Part shown: positions 13,400 to 45,823 of the stretch, one piece after another | Numbering within the stretch: position 1 is the stretch's first letter | How the letters are laid out: the number at the start of each line of letters is the position of its first letter | Assembly (NCBI GenBank): GCA_020137815.1 | Contig: CM035356.1 | Location: forward strand, 2,294,001 to 2,358,000 | Direction: 5' to 3' | Length of the DNA: 64,000 nt | Source of the DNA: Hormiphora californensis | Taxonomy: Eukaryota > Animalia > Ctenophora | Notes under the pieces: generated by a model | What the model was told of the DNA's origin: nothing | Seen by the model: only the letters and a program-made list of their open reading frames with translations | Database searches by the model: none | Translations under genes and position numbers: made by a program

Positions 13400-14690
13400 A
13401 AGGGGCCTGCAACGTATGCCAACCACTTATTCTTGTACCACATGAGATTGACATGGACATGTCCAAAGTTGAGAAACTGGCTAGGGATGCTCGTGTTGAG
13501 ATCGCTAAATCAAATGAGGGCCACAACTCTGAAGCTCTTAAAGTCCATTTTTATTCAACTGTTCACCCTCCAACTCGTGCGCGTGCGATATTTTAATTTA
13601 CGCTGCGCGCGCTACACGTTAACATGTGATAGACGCGCAAAACAATTCCGCGCACGACTTTGGGGGGTGAACAGTTGAAAAAAAATGGAGTATAAGAAGT
13701 TGCTGACCAGAATATCATGCCCGAAACTAAAGTCGGATTTTTTGAAGTTGTCACCCCCCTTTTCGTGCGCGGAATGTTTTTGCGCGTCACATCACATGTT
13801 AACGTGTGGTGTGCGCGTCAAAATTGATAAATTTCACATGCGCGGTCATTTTGGGGTGACAACTTCAAAAAATCCGACTTTAGTGAGATGTCTTGACCTT
13901 GCGGCTTGCAGGAGAATCTGGTGCATCAGGATGGCTTACGACCAGGCCTTACCCCCATTTGGGCTTTGAGCTTAACCAGTTAGAATTTGTTGACTCAATA
14001 GCTCTACGGTATGGATTTGAAGCGAAAGATCTAGGCTCAACATGTGCCTGTGGTAAGCCTAACGATACCGATCACACCTTGTCATGTGCTAAGGGCGGTT
14101 ATACAATTCTCAGACACGATAATATCAGAGACCTTATGGCTGAGATTTGTTCATATGCCGGCTTCAAAGCTGTTGAAACTGAAAAGCTTCTGCAACCATG
14201 TCCAGACGGTATCCAGTTTCACCCATCGGCAAACACTGCTCCTGACGCACGAATGGATGTGGTCGCACTAGACCTGTGGCGTAAATCGCAACTTGCCCAC
14301 ATGGATGTGAGAGTCTTTCATGCCAATGCGCCGTCCCATATCAACACGCCCATTGATCAACTCTACCGAAGGAATGAGTCAAGCAAAAAGCAATCTTACG
14401 GTAAACGGGTTCGAGAAGTTGAAGGAGGGACATTTTCTCCATTGGTCATGAACACAGCGGGTGGGATAGCGAATGAGTTTCACAAAGTCTTGAAGACACT
14501 CTCATCCCGAATCTCAACAAGAACAGGAGAACCATACGCTGAAGTGATGGCTCACCTCAGAACGAGGTTACGGTTCTCACTACTGAGGACATGCCTCATA
14601 GCCTTGAGAGGAAATCGGAGGAAGATCGCCATCGCCAACTTAGCTTGCACTGAGCTTGTTACGTGAAGTGAATAAGTAGAGGATAAGAAG
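13400..14690 (+). mobile_element. 5'-truncated restriction-like-endonuclease non-LTR retrotransposon (CRE-clade-like), interrupted by two MITEs
   Basis: ORF 13893-14666 has GASGWL, a CCHC knuckle (CACGKPNDTDHTLSC), RHD, and RMDV..DVRVF..KK..YG.RVREVEGGTFSPLV (PD-(D/E)xK-type RLE). Coding-like sequence continues upstream (13400-13550, 13685-13727) across palindromic inserts at ~13553-13683 and 13728-13881. Confidence 0.85.
13728..13881. mobile_element. MITE family A copy (inverted relative to the 5892 copy) inserted in the CRE-like ORF
   Basis: TA|AAGTCGG...CCGACTT|TA; the interior matches 5892-6046 in reverse. Confidence 0.85.
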
Positions 14691-14708
14691 AATTATCAAG
14701 ACCATGAA

Positions 14709-14833
14709 TTAAAGTCCGTTTCAAGCGACTTGACCCGTAATTCTTGGAATTCGGCGCATTGCGCGTGTATTTACAAAGGGGAAATCCTGAATGTCCAGGA
14801 ATCTCAGGTCAAGTCGTTTGAAACGCACTTTAA
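14709..14833. mobile_element. Short hairpin MITE (TTAA-flanked, AG...CT ends)
   Basis: TTAA-AGTCCGTTTCAAGCGACTTGACC...GGTCAAGTCGTTTGAAACGCACT-TTAA. Confidence 0.7.
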
Positions 14834-15233
14834 TTTATTATATGTTGTTTGTGTGACTTTCTTAGAAGTTTCCCACTTAACTTTTCTATTTTTTTCTCTT
14901 CTTTCGCCCGAAAAGTGGGCCCTGGACCCACTGGACCCAATGACCCAGGCTTTCTTCACCCCTTAGCGCTCTCCCCTTAAAAAAATATCATCAGGAACCG
15001 GAGCTTTGTTCTGCAGGGGTGAAGAAAGCCTGAGTCCAGTGGGTCCACCGTCCAGGACGGAGGACCTACTTTTTGGAACTTCTGCTGCAAAGAGTTTTTG
15101 TCAGCAGTCAGTATTTTTGTTTGTTTATCATTTAACATTAATTGATTGATTCAAATATGTGCAAGCCAATTATCGAATCCCACTGACTTGTCTAGACATT
15201 GGGTTTTATGGAACCAAGATAAGTGAGAAGAAG

Positions 15234-21275
<6,042 letters not shown>

Positions 21276-21700
21276 TATTGTGTGTTATTTATATTGACCA
21301 TTGTGTGTGACATTTATATTGAGAGAACTTATAGAGGGCATTTGTTAACCCCCACAACAAGAGGGCTTTGAACCTTTGTAGTTGCATTATCTAGAATTAA
21401 ATGTAGCCAGACGGTGCCTGACCACTATCCCGCTAAAACGGCTGTTCAAATGACGTCAGACGCCATCTGTCAGGGCATTGGTCTGACCCTAATTCTCATT
21501 TCTTCCAGTTCTACACGCGGAGCGCACGAGAACTGTGGTCAGAGCATTGACCATAGTAAATGGAGCTAACCAGATAGGCCAGGTTTATATCACCCCAGGC
21601 CCCGTCTAGTTCTACCTTGTTTTGTTTAAACCCGCTGTGAGACAGGGTCGAGCGAGGCAAGTTCTACCTAGATCGGTTATTTGTTTTTACCTGAGTTATA

Positions 21701-22899
21701 CAGGGTGTCCCACTGTCTTTGCGTGACCTGTGATTTTGGGTGATGTGTGGGTTCCATTCAAATGCTCATAACTCATCGAAAAATAGGTCAAAACGGTTCA
21801 ACTAAAAACAGTGTTGTAGAGAATTGTCAGGCGAATATTTGGGTACAAGATTGATGTTCCAAGTCTTACCAACCGTCAGATATATCGTCTTAAAGTCAAA
21901 AATACGTGTTCATGAAATCCGACCGGGGTTCACGTTTTGAAAAATTCACAAATGCAAAGTTGCTCGGATCACATTGCATCCCTCATAAGAGTTGTAGGAA
22001 ATTGTCTGGCGGTCATTTTGCTACCCGAGTTTTTGTCCTAGCTCAATGTTTAGAGTGTCTTATGACTGTCAGAACTGCAATTTTCACAAAAGTGGTCTCA
22101 GGTATCGCATTACATTTTGCCCTGTTATGAAGCTCATTGCTGCTTGAATAACATCTTAGTGCATGATAGGGTTGAGATAGACCACTTGCGTATCCTACAC
22201 ATTAACAGGGACCTTGCCAAATCGTCATAACAACCCTGTCAAGTGTCTAGATGAAATTGAGACGATATGTGCTGATTATCATGGGATTACACACGACACC
22301 GAGCCACCTAATTAGGCGTTGTGAGCCGATACCAACTAAGACTCAGCGTAGACAAATCTTTATGTTCCTACAGTCATAACGCAACTAAAACGTAGATCTA
22401 TGGATAAAATCATGGTATCAAAATGAACCTAAGACGATTCCAATGAAGCTCTTATAAATTTCAAACCATTTTACCCATTTGTTGATGACACGTGATCCCC
22501 TCAAAAATGTTGCTTGAATTTCGTCTTTAGACAGTCATAAGACAGTCTAAACATTAAGCTAGGACAAAAACCCGGGTACCAAAGTGACCGCCAGACAATT
22601 TCCTACAACTCTTATGAGGGATGCAATGTGATCCGAGCAACTTTGCATATGTGAAATTTTCAAAACGTGAACCCCGGTCGGATTTCATGAACACGTATTT
22701 TTGACTTTAAGACGCTATATCTGACGGTTGGTAAGACTTGGAACATCAACCTTGTACCCAAATGTTCGCCTGACAATTCTCTACAACACTGTTTTTAGTT
22801 GAGCCGTTTTGACCTATTTTTCGATGAGTTATGAGCATTTGAATGGAACCCACTCATCACCCAAAATCACAGGTCACGCAAAGACAGTGGGACACCCTG
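21701..22899. mobile_element. Non-autonomous Tc1/mariner-type element with ~370-bp TIRs, TA TSD
   Basis: TA|CAGGGTGTCCCACTGTCTTTGCG...CGCAAAGACAGTGGGACACCCTG|TA. Confidence 0.9.
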
Positions 22900-23543
22900 T
22901 ATATTACTTCTATCAAATTTTTACCAACTTCCTGCCATGTGACATTGTGGGAACATAGGATATATTATACTGATACTGTACTGACTGGACACCAAATTGT
23001 TTTCTACACCCCAGTTATGTCTGTGTTTCACTTTGTTGTTATTCGGTTGCTAGGCTAGGATAATAGTTATCGTGCGATTCGCGGTATGATAGGTGATACT
23101 CACACACGGACACAGAGGTGACGTGTCCTGCCCAACTACCCTGTTACCTGGCCCATTCACGGAATCTCAGAATCCAAATCTCAAAGTGCTCAACTCTAGC
23201 CTAGCAACCGTTATCAATTAAAACAGAAAAACAAGGTATCTAAAAATCCAGAAATGAAATAAGGCATCAACATATTAACATGGTGCACGTTTTTCACCTC
23301 TTTATCACACGTGGAAATCAAATAAAAATCGCCAAAACATATCGGCATAGTATAGAGGAAGAGATGGAGGAAGAGAAAGGGAATGAGAGGGGAGAGGGAT
23401 CGAAAGAGATACATATTGTTAACTATTTTCACACTGTTGAACAAAAAAGCCCTAAAATTTCCAATCCCACTTCTTATCTTATCGACAACAACTTTATTTA
23501 AACAATTCCTTATATCGAAATGTTATGTCTACTATATTGTCTT

Positions 23544-37594
<14,051 letters not shown>

Positions 37595-38158
37595 CTCTAG
37601 TTAAGAAGAGAGGGAGATAGAGAAAGAGATGATAGAGAGAGAGATAGATAATAGCGGATAAACTAAGTTATGTGTACATATTAGTTTGAGAAAACAGGAG
37701 AAGAAAATGGGAGAGAGAGAGAGTGAGATGTCTGAGGAAAAAAAAGAATGACATTTGAGACGACAGAAAAGAAACAAACGATACAGCGGATGTAAAATGG
37801 ATAAAAACATTATCAATGTAAATAATATAATAATATATGTTAGGCTAATATATAATCTTGGAACCCCAAAAATATACTCCTGCACACACACACATATATC
37901 GGTTGAGTCAAATCTTCCACGTGAAATCTCTACCTCTTAGTAACATAAATAAACCTCATAAATCTATTAGGCACAATATCCCCTTCTTTTCCTGCATACT
38001 AGAGTGAAGATATATTCGAGATAAGGCAGCAACCCCAAGTAAATCTATACCTAAAAACAACTGTCTGTAACACATAAAACCTTCTTATGCCATATTTAAA
38101 ATTCACACACCAACCCAATATATTCAAATAAAAAACACACCCTCCCATGATACCTATT

Positions 38159-39783
38159 TCACCTTGACTTGGCAAACATAACAGCGATAGGTTTGTCCTC
38201 CAGCACATAACCATGGCAATCCTCAAGAGCATCTGCTGCAGCTTCAACCGATGGGAATGTTACAAATGCCTGTCCCTTCATTTGGCCCCGTGTCATTAAC
38301 TTGATCTCACCTTCACCGCTGTGAAACTCAAAATAAGGTTTGAAGAGAACACGTAACCGCTCTTCCGTCACTGATTTCGTGTTGATGTTCTTGATATAAA
38401 GTTTGATTGATGGTTCTCCCGCGGTATACTTTTTGAACACGCTCAACTCAACAAGTTTCTCATCGGGGAGTCGTTGAGATTTCACCCTCGCTCGGTGACT
38501 CTCATACGCCACAACATGTGCTGGCTTTTGCTTCTCCATGAACTTGAGCACAGTGGGGACTGAGATGGCTGCTGCTGGAGTTGGGTCAACTGGAGGGGTG
38601 TGGGAGGAAGAGGGCAGTTGTGGAACATTCACCGAGGGGGTTGTGGTGGGAGCTGAAGGGGGAGCTATTTGTCGTGCTGGAACAGAAGAGGAACTACTCG
38701 TGGTATAGGGCAGTGCTTTATGTAGCGTTGGAGGAGGGACTGTACTGGGTCGTGGAATTGTACTAAGAGGAGGGATTGTACTGGGCGGAGGGACTGAACT
38801 AGGAGGAGGGATGGTACTGGGTCGTGGAACTGTAGCGGTACTAGGAGGAGGGACTGTACTGGGTCGTGGAACTGTACTGGGTCGTGGGACTGTACTGGGC
38901 GATGGAAATGTAGCGGGACTAGGAGGCGGGACTGTACTATGAGGTACTGATGTTGACATAGCCGTCATTATGGAAACGGTAGGAGTTGTTGAAGGGCCCT
39001 GGTCTTCACCATCACTAAGTTCCATATCAGTCAACCTTTGGAACCTTCGAACTCTCCGCACCAGACTCAATCCTCTTCCTCTTCCTTTCGTCAATCAGCA
39101 ACTTTCGTCTTAGATTCAATGAATTCCTGTGTTGCTAATCGTTTACTCTCCATTATTTCCTTCTCTTTCTCGGCGTGGATCCTCCACAGTCCCCATCCCC
39201 ATCTGATTCTAGTTCTGATTCTGAGGAAGATGGAAGGGCCGGCTGTATCTTTAGCACTGCTATCAAAGAGGGACTTCTCAGAGGACTGGGTAAACGGTGG
39301 GGGAAGGTTCATTTTGTTCATTAGGTGAAGAACTTGGATGTAGAATTGGGGCACTGCTACCAAGGCGTGGGAAATATTGTTTAGAGTATGTGATGTTGGG
39401 GGCGGGTAGAGGTAATGAAGGGATGGATCTGGAACAGACTCAGTGGTTTTGGGAGGTGCCTGCTCCGCCTGGTGTCCCGGCTCTGTTGGCTCCGTATACA
39501 ACATGGGGTCAGGCGGCTCAACTGGCATAAAGTTCTTATCAGAGTATTGTACCACTAGTCTGGTGCCAAAAAGCGGAGCTTGGTGAAGTTTTTGCAGAGC
39601 AATATCTGCCTCTTCTTTGCTCATAAACTCAGCAAACGCTGTTCCTTTCATAATACCCTTCGGGCTCATAACACTGACTGATCGAGCACCAAAATACTGG
39701 AGAAGATCGGCAACTTCTTCGCTGGTCAAATCCAAGGGAAGTTTTTTAACCATGAGAATTGTTGGACAATGAACAAAAGACAT
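38159..39783 (-). CDS. RNPC3: U11/U12 snRNP 65K protein (two RRMs), intronless, broken by indels at ~39030-39240
   Basis: N-terminal RRM (KGTAFAEF), YLYPPPT..TLNNISHALVAVPQFYIQVLHLMNKMNLPPPF, SSSESELESD in a shifted frame, and a C-terminal RRM (GEPSIKLYIKNI..KLMTRGQMKGQAFVTFP..HGYVLEDKP). Confidence 0.9.
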
Positions 39784-40805
39784 GCTGGCCGGTTCCTGAA
39801 ATACTATATATCAGTGTACTTAAAATAGAGAAGAATTTAACTCGACAAGTGGCTAACGCCGGTAACTGAGAGAGAAAATTGAAAATTTGCGAGAAAATGT
39901 TCGTCTCGCGAAATTTCGGTTTTGAAAGTTTGATTTCTGAAATTCAGATCACGTCGAGAATTTAAAATCGCAGCGCGCGCTCGAAATATTATGAACGCGC
40001 AAATAAAACACGCGCAGTAAGATTTACAAATCTGACGTTTCAATCAGTTAGTTTGATTGTCTATTTATTGGTCTAAAATTTAGGTTTGGTTGACAAAATA
40101 ACAACTCAGATATGGCAGTCATTAATAATGTTCATTTAAGACTTCAATATTTACACGGATACGGATATATCTACCTTCAAGGATTCATTTTTCTCTCATT
40201 CCTTTCCAAAACATGGTATTATTAGCGGAGGGTTTATAGGTCAAGGTAATCTAACAATTCCCTTACCCTACATTCTAAAACTTGGGTAGCAGGGTGAGCG
40301 AGATGCTCAGCGCCCACAATATGGCCTAAAGCCAATGTTTTATCACAGGGATCAAGCTATATTTTCATCTTGAAATAAATTAAGGGATGTCACACATGTT
40401 CGTACACTAACAACGAGAAAGCAATCAGCGATATACGAAAAATACAATTACTCCTCTGCTCACGATTTTCCCACAAGGCATGTGATTAACCGCGTTATAT
40501 AATTATCTGAGCCCTAATATCGATAAATTTTCCTTTAAATATTATTCAATATATCTTATATGACTTTTAAAAACTAAATCAGCTTCCTCTCTCTCTCTCT
40601 TTCATCCAGTTTAAGTAAACCCGAGCTGAATTTCTTATTAGTTCGGTATATCTCCCACCGTCACAATTCACAAATCACCTAAATAAATTACAACGCAAAG
40701 TTCATCCTCTTCTCTGTGGCAGTTCATCTTCCAACATAGTTCTCTCTCTGAGTATTTCAGCAGCTAACGCAGTAGTATTAGTGGTTCACCCACAATGAAC
40801 CGAAT

Positions 40806-41372
40806 TTATCTGACGGTTGTATCAACACTTGAGAGGTCCGAGAGTTCTGAAATAAATTGGAATTTAAAAAATGAAAGTTGTGAAATCACATCTTCAAAAC
40901 AACTGCTAATATATGTTTCCAATGTCTTGGGCATTGTGTTGCCTTACCTGTGCTAATTGTAACGGGGGTGAAGTCGGAAGCACTGGCTGGAGGTGGAACA
41001 TAACTTTGTTGGGATGTAGCGGCACCCATCATACCACCAGGACTACCAGTTGAGTAGAGGGGGTGGCTGAGGGAGCCCGGATGTAGGCCCGGGGGTGGGG
41101 ACAAGTGAGTCAGGTTGGAGGGAGGACTGGAACTACTGGGGAATGCCATGTGACTCTGAAATGAGAAGAGCGGGTTAGAGGACTGGGCCATTAACAAAAC
41201 TGAATTTTAGTTTTGTAATTTCTCTACTAATTCTTAAAATGAAGTGTATTATTATTTTGAAGTGTAGTATAGTACGCGTGTAGAGATATAAGTGGGGAGC
41301 CCTTGAAGTTCAAGTTTGTATTTTACAAGTTTTGTACCACTTCCCAGCAGAAGGTTAGTGGAAAACAACAAC

Positions 41373-41447
<75 letters not shown>

Positions 41448-41646
41448 GAGAGGTAGGGGGAGAAAACTCTGTAGTTGGAGGTGTTGAGAGCTCTGTTACA
41501 CTTGTACAGTGTAGAAAGACACATGTTGCCCACTCAGTAGAGATTGGTCTCCAAACCCAATTAGGGTGCCCCTGTTACAAACAAATCTTGAGGTCTCACG
41601 CCATCACACCATGCACTTCCATCTGTCTCACTGTCCCCCTCAGTTA

Positions 41647-41713
<67 letters not shown>

Positions 41714-44700
41714 TCAATCTCTTCTTTCACTATATCTCACAACATTCTCTCCACTTGCTCTCCTGTCTAGCCGATTTTGACAGAGAGAGAGGAGAAGAAA
41801 TAGAAGGAATGGACCCGATAATTAATCAATATTTAGCTACCGTTAACCCGAGTACGCGATAGTTCATTTTAGGGATATAATATAGGTAAACACACACACA
41901 CGCATTGAGCAAGCTCAATGTTTAGCTATTCTCCGGCTGGGTATAGGGCTGAGGTACTGGCAAGATATAGTAGGATCGCTACTGCCCACATGTCAAGTTT
42001 ATTCGGATATACAAGTTTAAAAGGTTGGGGGGTCACTAATATATAATATAGGGTTTATTATTATACCGACATGCGCCTAGTTGGAAATTCAGCACTACAG
42101 TATTTACTGAAGGCAGTAACTACAAATCTAGATCTAGATCCACAAGGAATATATGATGGTATTTCCTAATAAAATATTTGTTTCTTAATTAACTAATTAA
42201 TTGTTCCTTAATAAAGTAATAAATGGTTATTACCTGTCCAAAGTAGGGCGATGTCCTCATGGCGGTGTTGTAGCACTGAGTGGAGTAGGGGGAGTGGGGT
42301 CCAGTTGTTGTACAGGGAGGCGCCACATAGGGTCCAACACCACCCATACAATTGGGGTCCTACAATTGGGAGAGATATTGGTTAGATAGTTGCAATCATT
42401 TGCGAGTTTGGTGAAATCGTGGTTTTTTGAGATGTTCTATAGAATTGTTTGAGAGGGAAGGGGGGGGGGGGCTGAGAAACCAATGGTCGGAGTGAGTAAT
42501 GAGGGGGGGGGGGGTAGAAATGTAGTTATATGATTGTATGACATTTAGTGGGTAAGCGTACCAAAAGCTCTGGGAGAAAGTGAGATAGGGTGTGTGAGAG
42601 AGCGAGCACGGCGTGCCTGGTGAAATTTTAACACGACCTAGCATGCAACGGGAAACCACCACTTGTACGTGGTAGCTGAGGGTCTACAGAATGGCGCTAC
42701 GGTGCGGGAAAAAAAAGTCCATGCCCTAAAATCGTTTTTTTTACTTTTATTTGATTTGGGTCAAAATTGGCTATATTAAACGTGGTCCCGAAAAATTCAT
42801 AATGACTTAGCACACGAAATATGTCACCCCCTACCTATTTTTGCACGTAGAATCGATTGCCGTTGAAGTCGAATCTCTAAAATGACTGTAAAATGGTCAA
42901 AAGTTGATTTTTTACCATTTTTTGGAGGTTTTTGGCCCCTAAACCATTGAAAACGTTGAGATAGGAATTTGAAACTAGTGCCAATCGTTAAAATGGTCAT
43001 TTTTCTACCAAGAACCAAGTTTTCGTGTATATCCGATTTATGGTTAGATTTGGGCAAATTGTTGAAATCTGCCAACTAGGAGAACCGTAACTTGATTTTC
43101 TTGTTTTTTGGATTTTGGCATTTTTGACAAACTTCTGATTGAAATGGTCAATCGGGACCATGCTTAAGTTGTTTATGGGACAATTTTCGACTAAAATCCA
43201 AGATTTCATACCAATCCAATAACAGATCGTTGATTTATAGAAAATTTAAGTAGGCAAAACGGTCAAAATGACAACTTTTCTTGCTTATTTTGACCGTTTT
43301 GCCTACTTAAATTTTCTATAAATCAACGATCTGTTATTGGATTGGTATGAAATCTTGGATTTTAGTCGAAAATTGTCCCATAAACAACTTAAGCATGGTC
43401 CCGATTGACCATTTCAATCAGAAGTTTGTCAAAAATGCCAAAATCCAAAAAACAAGAAAATCAAGTTACGGTTCTCCTAGTTGGCAGATTTCAACAATTT
43501 GCCCAAATCTAACCATAAATCGGATATACACGAAAACTTGGTTCTTGGTAGAAAAATGACCATTTTAACGATTGGCACTAGTTTCAAATTCCTATCTCAA
43601 CGTTTTCAATGGTTTAGGGGCCAAAAACCTCCAAAAAATGGTAAAAAATCAACTTTTGACCATTTTACAGTCATTTTAGAGATTCGACTTCAACGGCAAT
43701 CGATTCTACGTGCAAAAATAGGTAGGGGTGACATATTTCGTGTGCTAAGTCATTATGAATTTTTCGGGACCACGTTTAATATAGCCAATTTTGACCCAAA
43801 TCAAATAAAAGTAAAAAAAACGATTTTAGGGCATGGACTTTTTTTTCCCGCACCGTAGCGCCATTCTGTAGACCCTCACTACCACGTACAAGTGGTGGTT
43901 CCCGTTGCATGCTAGGTCGTGTTAAAATTTCACCAGGCACGCCGTGCGAAGAGAGAGAAGAGAGAGAGAAGAGAGAGCGAGAGGAGAGAGAGAGAGAGGA
44001 GAGCTAGAGATAGATAGATCGCGCTATCTAGAGAGAACGCGAGCGATATAGCGATATAAGCCGAGAGATATATGCATAGATAGAGGCGCGAAGCAGCGAT
44101 CCTGCCCCCGTTTCGCGCTAAAATGGGGCAGCAGAGAGAGAAATATCGTGAAAAAGACGTGGAGATGACTATTTATCTCTGCAATAGATTGGCAGGTAAC
44201 AACTATAACAGCAGATATACTCTCTATCTCTTTCTCTCTCTCCCTCTCTCTCTGCTCGAGGGGATATACGATATAACCTCATGGTTAGACGGAGGTAGTC
44301 AGTCAGATGGTCCGACTACTCAGACACAGTAACGAAGTAGATGTATCAGAGAGGGGGAATATACAGAGATATCAGAGATATATACAGAGAGAAGATATTC
44401 TGGATGATTTTAGTTAGTAGTCCTAAGAGAGAGAGGGGAAAGAGGGAGAAAGAGGGGGATAGAAGAAAAAATAAAATAACTTTAGAATTGCTAAAAGGAA
44501 TAATGTTTGCTATCGACCTAGGTTTCCCAACTAGTTACCCCACAGCCAGGTCTATTTTTACAACCCCCCCCCCCTCCCAGACTGTTGCAGTCCTCATACA
44601 TTGCGGGGGGGGGGGGGGCATATCATTTCGTAACAGACTACCCAGCTCAGACCTCAAACACCCATTCAGGAGTTGGCGGGGGCGAGAGAAAAAGAGGGGG

Positions 44701-44835
44701 AGTGGAGAAAAAGAGGGATCACGCCCGTCTTAGCAGGAGGGGGGCTGTTTGTTTTCCCTGATGTGCTCTCATTTTCCGTTCCAGACCCCCGGAGCCCCCC
44801 ATATCCGTGTGCGTCTAGGGAGAGAGCGGGAGAGA

Positions 44836-44902
<67 letters not shown>

Positions 44903-45823
44903 TGGGGTAAAGTTCACCTAGAGATCGGAGCGAGAAGGTGTAGGAAATGAAGTCATGGCTGGTGTATGATCTTAGCAAGTGCATGATGTCTCGTCATGTA
45001 CTTGATGACATCACTAATTAAATCACTAATTACGTCACTAACTACGTCACTAACTACGTCACTAACTACGTCACTATACTTACTGAAATGAGAGCGAAGT
45101 CTCCATAGTAGTTGTTGTTGATGGTCGGGTTGATCGCAATGGTCTGAGGCATGCCAGGACTCATGGTAAGGTGACCAGGTCGTCCCACAGTGGGAGGTAC
45201 AGGGGAGGGGATCATACCTCCACCTCCACCACCTCCACCGCTACTTCCGCTGTTCTTCCTCCTCCGTGATTTGAAGACAGTGACAACGGGGGCCTTTCCA
45301 GTTCGGTTGGAGGCATCGATCATGGGTTGGACAATTCGTCTCCGGGCGTTGATAAACCAGTTGTTTACTTGGAGGATGGTCAGGCCGGTATCTTGTGCTA
45401 GGGCTCTCTTCTGGTCTTCCGAGGGGTATGGGTGCTGCAGGGAGATGGGGGTTAGAAATGGACTGCAAAATATACAGGGAGTTCAATCAGGCATGTATAT
45501 GTTATTCAGTCTGTTTTGACTTGACAGACCTGTCTACTAAACGTTTTAACACCTAATTGAGTTTGCTTGCAAACAGAGTGTTTATAGGCCAACTTCAAAA
45601 ACAAACAAACAGTGGCAGGGAGATTTGCAATAAGAAGAGTTAGAATACGTTTCACGCAGCTGGAGTGAAAACTGAAGGAGTATCTGAAACCCCCCATATC
45701 TTACCGTGAGATGTTGAAAGAGCCAGGCCTTCATGATATTGGTAGCTGACTTGGGGAAGATGCCTCGTTTCTTTTGGGTTGATTTCGTGTCTTTCTGATG
45801 CTCTGGTTCACAGTGGGGAATTC
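40806..45823 (-). CDS. MEIS: Meis/homothorax TALE homeobox gene, 3' five exons (MEINOX exons not in view)
   Basis: Exons 45705-45823 ([24 protein letters not shown]), 45084-45434 ([44 protein letters not shown]), 42234-42359, 40948-41155 and 40806-40846 (stop) are phase-consistent. Confidence 0.92.
42607..43946. mobile_element. Compound palindrome: TA-flanked foldback element (42700-43855) inserted at the centre of a CAC...GTG MITE
   Basis: Outer arms are CACGGCGTGCC...AATGGCGC and GCGCCATT...GGCACGCCGTG. The inner element is TA|CGGTGCGGGAAAA...TTTTCCCGCACCG|TA with ~570-bp near-perfect arms and a ~20-bp loop. Confidence 0.85.
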
